Below, piece by piece: positions 54,301 to 64,000 of a stretch of 64,000 nucleotides of DNA (position 1 is its first letter; each line of letters begins with the position of its first letter). Where the stretch lies: positions 67,270,001 through 67,334,000 of the forward strand of contig OZ024743.1 in assembly GCA_964016885.1 (NCBI GenBank), given 5' to 3'. The notes under the pieces are model-generated. The model had not been told where the DNA came from, searched no databases, and was given only the letters and a program-made list of their open reading frames with translations. Position numbers and translations under genes: made by a program. This DNA comes from Eledone cirrhosa (taxonomy: Eukaryota).

Positions 54301-55778
54301 AAACCGATGCCTTCCGATGGCGTCGTCGGACGCTGGACGGAAGCACCGCTGAAGCTGCTCGGGTCTGGATTGGTCCGGACCTCCAAGTGAAGAAAAACTG
54401 GAACGAGGTGTCGGCCAAGTTGTTTGCACTCACTGAGAAGTGGGCCGAGTGCAAACTATCCTTGAAAGGTCGTGCGGAGGTGGCGAACACTTTTATAGCG
54501 TCCGCCTTCTACTACCGCTTGACCGTCGTGCCTTGTCCAGCCAAAACACTCGCCGAAATGGAACGCTCGCTCTTCCAATTCCTTTTGGAAGAAGCGGGCT
54601 CCTTTGGTGAGAAGATCCATCTGCTGCCAACACCCTTCCAACGGAGAGCTGGGGATGCCGTGGCTAACGATGCGCAAACACGCGCTCAGGCTGCGGCATC
54701 TCCTCGTATTCCTCACCAGAAACCGTTGTGGGCCCCGTTCGTGAGGCGAGCCTTCCTACGACTCGTTTCGCTGACCGAGCTGGAGTCCTGGGTCAAGCAG
54801 AGACCGAGGAAAATGGGCGACTGGCACTCACAGCCCTCTGGCAGGCGCACCCGGCGGTCAGTGGAGACTATACTTCCTCATTCTATAGAGGGTTGGTCCG
54901 CATCAGGTTCGACGACGCGCTCGGAGAAACTCTAGCGTAGAGGAAGACTAACTGGCCAGTCTGTTCGGTAGAACCTTCTGTCCGGGAATGATGGACAACT
55001 TCCAAAATTCCCTGGCGTGGCAGTGCTACCGAGGAGCTCTATCAGTTCGAGACACGCTCTACAGACATGGGTGCCCGGGCAGGGACCTTTCGAAAAAGAT
55101 CTGTCCGAGATGCGTGCGAGACGAAGAAACTGTTGCGCACTGCCCAGGCGTTACCGACCTGTGGGGCTATGTAGAACGACTATTGTCGCGGTGGGACCAA
55201 TCCGCTTGACCACCGAGTCCATTGTCATGATCAAACCGCCACCCTCCTTCAAAAACGAAGAAGAGGCGGTTTTCCTTTGTGTGATAGCTATGGTGGAAGA
55301 GGTTGTATAGTGGACGAGGTTAAAAGGGCTGAGATCAGACACCATTCTCTCCGGTCAACAACTGATTCTTTTTTTCAAATACCACTTTGGAAGAAGAATC
55401 ATGATGGAGAGAGAGAGGTGCTGTACCCCAGCAAGTTTTGTGAAAGGTGGGTGAAAGTGGCGTGAATGGCCCGAGTGAATGGGCCTTCTCTCTATATCAG
55501 TCTGTAGGTCGAGGAAAAAGAGGAAGAGAGAAACCGGGTACTCACTCGAGGAAAAAGAGGAAGAGAGAAACCGGGTACTCACTCTTCGTACTCCTGGAGA
55601 TGAGGGTTGCACATTTTTTCCGGGATATGTGTTACCCATATGTAATATCTCCTATTGGGGAAAATCGATTAATTTTTAAATTGCATTTCTGATAGTATTT
55701 TACACGTTTTTATTGTATGTAAACTTCCCCCTTTGTATTTGTCCCCTTCTTTTGTGCCCCTGTGGCTAATAAAGAAAC
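51372..55778 (+). mobile_element. Tx1/L1-clade LINE copy 4 (divergent subfamily), 5'-truncated within ORF1, ORF2 pseudogenised
   Basis: ORF1 C-terminus ends at 52081. ORF2 from 52120 has APE motifs (NVRG, GDWN, SDH) and RT motifs (DQSKAFD, YADD) with many stops and frameshifts. AATAAA at 55768. (CTAT)n on both sides. Confidence 0.95.
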
Positions 55779-55797
55779 ATCTATCTATCTATCTATC

Positions 55798-58700
55798 GTT
55801 GATAGTAGACGTGTGTTACTTAGGCTGCAGCCTTTTTGGATTTGTATTACGTTTGTGACTGAGTTTGTATTTCATTTGTTTTATTTGTGTGACCTAACCT
55901 CCCGCCTGGACTTGCAGACGGTTATTTTATTTTTACCTATTTTGGGGGTAAAAACTACTTTCAAAAATTTATATACCAACTTACGATAATGGACATCATA
56001 CATGAAAACAACACTGCCACGCCCCCAGGGAAAGTGATAAAGAAGAACAAGTAGCTCAACCTACTGAAACTTCCCTTTTCTCGCTTTCGCATACGATCAT
56101 GGAAGTGGATTTGACGAACAATTCTAAAAACTTGGTTAATAACCCAAACAATGGAAACAGTAAATTGAAAGAATGTATAAATCACACTGACACCAACAAC
56201 ACCAACACAAATAACAAAGAAAATAACACAAACACACACAAAAGCGAAAACAGCAGCAACAATGACAAAGAAAACAACATAAATGTGAACTCAAAACATG
56301 AAAAAATGGGTGAAAACCCCAAAAAACTGTACCGCAAACAACCACCACCAAAACGCAAACACCCAAGAAAACAAGAACAACAGCAATGAAACACACAAAA
56401 AGACCCCACTACATGAATATCCTTTGCCCAGGTCGTTAAGGAGACCGAAACTTTCACCCCAGTTGACATCAGTAATGCAGCGGAATTGCTAAAAGAGGGG
56501 AGAAACAAGTGACCTTTGGTGAAAACGGTGAATTCACCATAATCTCCCCTAAGGCTATTAAAAGGGACACGGTCCTAAGGACAATTAATTTTAGAACTAT
56601 ATCAAATGCGTCGAAAAAACCAGCTCAATTATCGCATAGCGAAATTGAGCTGCTGTTAAAAGACGCGCTGAAGGACATTATTTTTAAAGTACCAATAATG
56701 CACTGGGTAATTGCTGGCCTTGTGCCTAAAGTAGAAACAATTATTTTTACTGAGAGAGGGATGTTATATGGGAGTCTGATCATTTTGATGAAGGACCAAT
56801 TGAAGGCCCCAAAATAGTCGGTGTCGCCAATTGTGTCCAAACAGTACACTTTCTTCCCCACCTACATGGGGAAGAAAACTAAAAAAATAACAATCTCCCG
56901 TATACACCCAAATACAAATATGTGGTGGATACTGGACGACCAAGATGAACTTCTTGATAAAGGCAAAGCCACCAGGGGCCACTTTGGCGGTATAGGCATA
57001 CAGGTTCTGGTTCGAATGAAACCAGAACGTATCGCAAAGATACCCCAAAGCGTGTCCCTGGAAGGCTCCCAATTTATGAACATTGCAGTTGAGGGTAGGC
57101 GGCCCGCTTGCTACCTCTGTGGAGGCAGAGGTCACCTGAGGGCTGCCTGTCCTCAACAAACTAAAAAACTTTTACTGCCAACACCTCCAAAAACACAACA
57201 AAAACTGAACACGGACCCAGCCAACCCCTCCACACCCAAAGCAACTCCACAAACAAAAACACAATCACAACCCCCAAAACAACAAACACAACAAGTCAAC
57301 AAAAAACTGAACACGGTCCCACCTAACGCCTCCCCAGCTAAAATAACTCCAACAACATACATAACAAAACCCCAAAATATACCCCTTCCCCCCAACATGG
57401 AAGAGGATCCCTTAACGTCAGAAGACGAGGAGCGACCCTTCCAAAAAATAAAGTGAAAAAAAAAAAGAAAACACACCGCACCCACACAAAGAAAAGTAAC
57501 ACATCCCGGAAACAAAACACAACAAAAATAAGGAAAAAAAAACAACAGAAATTACACAGGCACAGCTATACACATACATCAACACAAAAAATATAAAACT
57601 TGTAAACAAAATTCAACAAAACCCAGATTTCACGAGGGACCCAGAGAACCCCTCTTTAAAAATGATTAAAACACCGATAGACATTTATATGGAACTAAAA
57701 GATAAAAGACAATTTTCCTGAGGACGTGAGCCAATGCGGCAAACGCAAATCACCGGGTTTCGATGGTTTTCCATACGAACTTTATGTAGCGATGCCGGAC
57801 ATTTTCTCCGATCTCCTCGAGGCGATCTACTGCAACTGGCAACAGAACGGGAGAATTCCCTGTTCTGTGACCAAGAGCGTAGTCTCGCTAGTGATGAAGG
57901 ACGAGAACAAGGGGGATGAAATAAGTGATTTCAGGCCCATAACTCTGATAAATGCGGAGTTAAAGATTTTGGCCAAGGTGTTAGCAAAGAGGTTGGCGCT
58001 TGTCGTGGGCAACCTGGTGGGAGATGCGCAGACATACGCTATCCCGTCCAGGTCCATTCACGACAACCTCCACCTCATGCGATACATCATAGAGAGGGGA
58101 GGGAATGAACCGGGCTTTGGTGGGGCCCTGATCAACTTGGATCAATCTAAGGCGTTCGATAGGGTCGACCATGGTTACCTGGATGAGGTGCTAGTGGCGG
58201 CAGGTTTCGGACCCGTTTTCAGGGGCTGGATTACTGCCATGCACAGCAGCCGCATCTGCTCGATGGTCAAGGTGAACGGCTATCTCTCGGAGCCATTCCA
58301 AATCGCGCAGTCCATCCGAAAGGGGTCCCTTCTGTATGTGCTGGCTCTCGAGCTACTGCTGTGGAAGTTGGAGTTGTTGCAGGGAATCCCCTTGGAACTG
58401 GGATTGCGGAAAGCGGTCTCGGCCTACGCCGATGACGTGACAGTAATGGTGTCGAGTACCTCGGAAATCGGGGCGATCGGCACCTTACTGGAGGAATACG
58501 AAAGATTTACAGGGGCGAAGCTGAACCGGGACAAGTCCAGCGGTTTGCAACTCGGCGCGTAGAGGGGAAAACCGATACCCTCCGACGGCGTCATCGGACG
58601 CTGGACGGAGGGCCGGTGAAGCTGCTCGGGGTTTGGTTCGGATCAGACCTACAGGTGAAGAAGAACTGGTGTGAGGTAACGAACAGGGTGTTTGCTCTGG

Positions 58701-59855
58701 CCCAGAAGTGGGCCGAGTGCAAACTATCCCTGAAAGGTCGGGCGGAGGTGGCGAACGCTTATATAGAGTGTCATCTATTACCGTTTGACTGTCATGCCTT
58801 GCCCAGGTGACACGGTCACCAAAATGGAGCGCGCACTCTTCCAATTCCTTTGAAAGAAGCGGACTCCTTTGGTGAGGAGATCCATCTGCTGTCAACACCC
58901 TTCGAAAGGAGGGTTGGGAATGCCGTGGCTGCAGATACGAAAATACTCATTAAGGCTACGGCACCTCCAGATATTCCTCACCGGTCAACCGGTGTCGGCC
59001 CCGTTTGTGATGCGAGCCTTTCCGAGGCTCGTCTCGCTTACAGAGCTGCAATCCTGGGTCAAGCAAAGACCGAGAAAACTGGGCGCCTGGCACAACGAGT
59101 GTGCCCAGGCGCTAACGGCACTCTGGAAGGCGGACCCAGCTATCAGTGGAGACTCCACCTCGGCATTATATAAAGGTTTGGTTAGCAGCAGGTGGAACGA
59201 CGCCCTCGGAGAAGCCCTCGGCATGGAGGAGGAATAACTGGCCAGCTTGTTCGGTAGGACATTTGGCCCGGGACCGATGGACAACTTCCTGAGGTCCCTG
59301 GCCTAGCAGTGCTACCGTGGGGCTCTGTCCTTTCGAGACTAGCTCTACAGACACGGGCGCTCGAGTAGGCACCCTTCGAAAAAGATCTGTCCGAGATGCG
59401 TGCGCGACGAAGAAACTGTCGCGCACGCATTGGTACACTGCCCGGGCGTTGCCGACCTGTGCGACTATGTGGAACGACTGCTGTCACGGGTTGGACCAAT
59501 CCGGTTGACCACCGAGTCCATTGTTACGACACCTTTCTCTTTTCTTCCGATATCATTTCTGAAGAAGGATCAGGATAGAGAGAGAGGTGCTCCTCCCCAG
59601 CCAGTTTTATGAAAGGTGGGTGAAAGTGGCGAGTATGGCCCGTGTGAATGGACCTTCACTCTACATCAGTCTGTAGGTGGAAAGAATAGGAGCAGAAGGG
59701 AGCACCCTCTCTTTGTGCTCCCGAGTAGAAGGGTTGCACATTTTTTCGGAGGTGCGTGCAACCCCCAAAACGCCCCTTCCCTATTGAGGACTTCGATTGT
59801 TTTATTTTGTTTGTTATATTTTTGTCCTCGTTTTATAGTATGTACGCCCCCCCTC
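55798..59855 (+). mobile_element. Tx1/L1-clade LINE copy 5: 5' UTR and divergent ORF1, internal deletion of the EN region, decayed RT, clipped 3' end
   Basis: Starts GTTGATAGTAGACGT after (CTAT)n. Zinc knuckle CYLCGGRGHLRAAC. At ~57728 it jumps to the RT N-terminus (SQCGKRKSPG). YADD is present. Confidence 0.93.
56687..56739 (+). mobile_element. 5'-truncated SINE family B tail inserted in ORF1 of LINE copy 5
   Basis: AAGTACCAATAATGCACTGGGTAATTGCTGGCCTTGTGCCTAAAGTAGAAACA flanked by a 10-bp TSD ATTATTTTTA (56677-56686 and 56740-56749). Confidence 0.9.
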
Positions 59856-59857
59856 CT

Positions 59858-60545
59858 TAGATCCCGACGCATTATATGGTATAACCCACCATATAATATG
59901 GAGGTGGCCACACCATTAGCTAAGATATTTCCCTCCCTTATTATGAAGCATTTTCCCCCTACACATAAATATAGAAACATTTTTAATAGAAATACTATTA
60001 AAATTTCTTACTCTACGACTCCTAACCTTGCACATAACATCACAGCTTCAAGTTTAGCTAAATTACCTAGTCGTAGGAACACGTGCAACCCTGTAGATAG
60101 TATTAACTGTAATTGTAGGAATCGGGTGGACTGCCCCCTATCCGGGAAATGCCTCTCTAGTAACATTATTTACAAATGTAAGGTTGAAACACTCACGTCC
60201 CGTAGGGCCTACATAGGGTTAACCGCCAATAGATTCAAGCAGCGTCTTTACATGCATACCCATTCTTTTCTTTACCCTTTAAGAAGGAATATGAAGTCAC
60301 TTTCAGCTTATATCTGAATCTAAAAGACAACCACACCCAATATAAGTTACACTGGGAGATCCTAGTTAGGGCTAGATCGTATAACGGAAATCAAAGACCA
60401 TGTGACCTCTGCGCCGCTGAGGCCCTGGAAATACTCTACGCCAAAGACCAAATCTTAAACAAAATATCTGAGGCAATTTCGGCTTGTAAACATAAATTGC
60501 ACAAAACTTTCCTGTATTACAGCCCCACATTATACCCTAACGGAT
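59858..60545 (+). pseudogene. Penelope-like element (Naiad-type): RT thumb, linker and GIY-YIG endonuclease remnant
   Basis: IIWYNPPY..FNRNTIKISYS..CNCRNRVDCPLSGKC..IIYKC..YIGLT..FKQR..H, then after a stop and frameshift WEIL..CDLC..E..LNK..E..CKH. The CxC-x5-C linker and C-terminal Cys motifs match Naiad-type PLEs. Confidence 0.85.
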
Positions 60546-60938
60546 AGTACAAACTATACGCGAATATTTTACGTCTTGATGTGGTAGCTAAGTATATGTT
60601 ATGTTTATACCATTACTGATTTGTATAGGTAATTATATATTACCTGTATGTCTTGTGAAGGTACGTATACTTTCTCGTACGTATATTTGATTGTATATGT
60701 TATGGCGTATATTTTATATATTCTGTTACATATGCTTTTGGTTATGTGTATACGCGAGTTTTGCGTCTGTGTGAGTATGCGAGTTCGTACGTATGTAGGG
60801 TGTGTGTATATGTGTACTTCGTGTTTTGGTTGACGTACGTCTCCGAAGATATGTGTATTTACATGTAGGCATGTGTGTGCGCTTGTTATATACGTATTTA
60901 TTTATTTATATACGTTTATTTAATTATATGTATACACG

Positions 60939-60983
<45 letters not shown>

Positions 60984-61477
60984 TAGATATGTTTAATATA
61001 TATTTTTATGTGTATTTGGTGTATACATTCGTATGCGTGCGGGCACAGGCGTTGCGTGGGTTCTGTATGTGCGTGCGGTTTTGTTGTGGGGGGGGGGGGT
61101 ATGTGCGTGTATTTGTATACCTATGGCGAGTGTTTCGCGTATGCTTGTATATGTACGTATATGGATGCGTGCATGTATTTATTTAATTTCAATAACCTCT
61201 GTATTTTATTTACTTTATTCTTAACTCTGAAGCCGAGAATCATTCGGTTTCCTAGTTAGAATTTTAGTCTACGACTTCAGTTATATCATTTACGGCTTTT
61301 TGTCTTTGCGTGCAATTTTTCTACCCGCTCCATATATGGCGTATTATCTTCGTGTTTTCCGTTCATTGCCAGAGAACGTCTCTATAAACCACCTAATAGA
61401 ATATTAGTCTACGACTTCTTTTATGCCATAAACGTGGTTTTGTCTTTGCGTGTAATTGTTTTTCACTGCTCCAAATA

Positions 61478-61662
61478 ATTGTTTCTACTTTTGGCACAAG
61501 GCCAGCAATTACCCAGTGCATTACTGGTACTTTATTCTATCGACCTCGGAAGGATGAAAGGCAAAGCTAACCTCGGCGGGATTTGAACTCAGATCATATA
61601 GGGAGGTAACTATGCTTCAAAGCATGGCATCCGACCCTCTTCCGATACTGCCAATCCACCGC
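61478..61662 (-). mobile_element. SINE family B, near full length
   Basis: tRNA-like head with B box, family body and tail. Confidence 0.85.
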
Positions 61663-61994
61663 CAAATAATGACGTATTATATTCGTTTTTTCCCGTTCTT
61701 TGCCAGGGAATGTTACCACGAACCAAAATATCGTCTTCCTGGCTGCAACGTTTTTTGAAATATTCACTTCTGCGTTCACAGATTGACTTTGTTAGTTTCA
61801 GAAGATCCTGTTAAGGGTGAAAGCAGCGATTCTTTGCTTAAACTTTAATCTGTTATTTTAATAAATATTTGCTATACGGTTCTTATGTATTTATCCGCAT
61901 CGAACCCTCTTTGGATTTTAATGTTCAAATTTATTATTATTATTATTATATATATATACACATATATATATATATGTGTATATATATATATATA

Positions 61995-62033
<39 letters not shown>

Positions 62034-62106
62034 ATATATATATATATATGTGTGTGTATATATATATATATGTGTGTGTATGTATATATATATATATATG
62101 TGTGTG

Positions 62107-62171
<65 letters not shown>

Positions 62172-62177
62172 TTTTGA

Positions 62178-62383
62178 AGGCGTGTGGCTGAGTGGTTAGA
62201 GAATTGGATTCACAATCTTGAGGTTGTGAATTCGATTCCTGAACCGGACGATGCGTTATGTCCTTGACCATGACACTTTATTTAACGTTGCTCCTTCTAC
62301 CTGGAGATGCGACCGATATATAGTAGCACCAACTGAAAGTCCAATGGAAACATTGATTCCTCGGTCCGATTTGACCAAAGTCG

Positions 62384-62385
<2 letters not shown>
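62178..62385 (+). mobile_element. SINE family A
   Basis: A box TGGCTGAGTGG, B box ATTCGATTCC, core GTCCTTGACCATGACACTT. Confidence 0.8.
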
Positions 62386-62443
<58 letters not shown>

Positions 62444-63084
62444 CATTGCATATCTTTCCTAGATATTGCTGAGTAGCTTTTCTAACTTCGTTCCAGGAAA
62501 TATCTTAGTTCTTTAGGCCCCTACTAGAAACTTATCTGTCTTTTTGAGACAATTTTCTTTCAGTGGCATCGTTGGATTATTTCGAGTTCTGTTGTTTATC
62601 TGTTAGGCTGACCACAGTTGAGAGCAAGAGTCCAAACGACTGAGAATGAATATCTTTCTTAGTACCAACATTGTAAGTTTTGTGAAGTGTTAGTTTCTGG
62701 CTGAAGGAGACATTTGTATCTTTTGTTAGTCGTGAATTTACTGTAAGATGGAATGGACCTTCGTCGTGTTCAACGAAATTTCAGCTTGCTCATGTAATTA
62801 TTGAGTAATTACATGAATATTCTACACGCACTTAGATCACTTAAAGCCTCTCTCAGCGTGATCACTATATGACAAGGCTGGCATTTATATTAAAAGCAAA
62901 ACTTTTCCTGCAGCTGTGTGGAGTGGAGCAACATGAACTAGAGTGTGTTACAGAAGGACACACCTCCAGATCGAAAGCCGAACACACTAACCACGGAGCC
63001 ACACATCTTTACACACACATATTCAGATATATATATATAAAGACACATACACACACACACACACGTACATATACAGATATACAG

Positions 63085-63115
<31 letters not shown>

Positions 63116-63419
63116 GACACATATACACCAACACGAATTATTGCATGTCTTCATTGCCAACTGAATCCCCAAAATTTAGAACAGCGGCAATGATAACTAC
63201 AACAACAATAACGTAGCAACGTTTATTGTTACTAATAATACATAAGAGAAAGTTCCTCAAAGGAGCAGTAAATGTTTGTGTGAGAATGTGGACGTAGTTA
63301 CTCCCCACTACACACATAACACCCACCACCACCACCATCTGATGCTGCCCTCGTCTCCCTTTGTCTGACGTCAACTCTTCCGATACTATCAGATCAGACC
63401 AAGGAAATAGTTATGAGTT

Positions 63420-63943
63420 ATCGGAGAGAGTGGGAGAGGGAAAGGAGGGGAAAGAGAGGGAGAGAGGGGGAGAGGGAAAGGAGGGGAAAGAGGGGGAGAG
63501 GGGGGAAGGAGGGGAAATATGGGGAGGGGAGAAAGGAGGGGAAAGAGGGGGAGAGAAAGGAGGGGAAATAGGGGGAGAGAAAGGAGGGGGAAGAGGGGAG
63601 AGAAAGGAGGGAAGAGGGTGAGATTGAGGGGAATAGGGTGAGATGGAGGGGAAGAGGGAGAGATGGAGGGAGAGATGGAGGGGGAAGAGCGGGGGAAGGG
63701 GGGGGGGGGGCAGAGGGGGAGATAGAAAGGGAGGTAGAGAAAGAGGGAAGTAGAGAAATAAGAGAGTGAACCCTTGATAAAGAGGATGTGGAGGTACAGC
63801 GAGATAGAGAGAGAGATAGAGAGAAAAAAGAAAAAGAGAAATAAATAAAAGAGAGACTGAAAAAGAGCGAGAGAGAGCAAGCGATAGAGAGAGAGAGAAT
63901 GAGAACGACAGAGCGAGAGAGACCGAGAGCGACCGCGACCGAA

Positions 63944-63976
<33 letters not shown>

Positions 63977-64000
63977 GAGAGATGGGATAGTGAGCTATTA
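63420..64000. repeat. GA-rich polypurine low-complexity tract
   Basis: Direct inspection. Confidence 0.9.

Noticed and set aside
60312-60320. In-frame TGA in the Naiad fragment as selenocysteine
   Set aside because: It falls at the expected Trp of the LS.YIW motif next to a frameshift, so it is best explained as TGG>TGA decay.
62178-62260. tRNA genes at SINE heads (also ~9075-9150 and 23560-23630)
   Set aside because: A and B boxes are present, but no complete cloverleaf is evident and they continue into SINE cores.

Overview
Repeat-dense, AT-rich eukaryotic genomic DNA with no convincing host gene. The SINE, LINE and Penelope mix and the long (TA)n/(CA)n tracts suggest a coleoid cephalopod such as octopus; this is an inference. 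The window is dominated by five + strand copies of a two-ORF L1/Tx1-clade LINE. One is near-intact and full length (9165-14770), one runs off the window edge, one is 5'-truncated and two are internally deleted. Nearly all junctions lie in (TCTG)n or (TCTA)n microsatellites. Other elements: a full-length decayed mariner, an R2-like RLE element with no flanking rDNA, CRE-, R4/Dong- and RTE-type 3' remnants, Neptune- and Naiad-type Penelope-like GIY-YIG remnants with hammerhead motifs, a non-autonomous Helitron, a hAT MITE, two tRNA-derived SINE families and a 6.8-kb array of a 30-bp minisatellite. The most notable hypothesis is that a consensus splice donor overlaps the ORF1 stop codon and a consensus acceptor overlaps the ORF2 stop codon in divergent LINE copies, so the whole EN-RT ORF could be an intron. 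Most ORFs in the supplied track are microsatellite artefacts.
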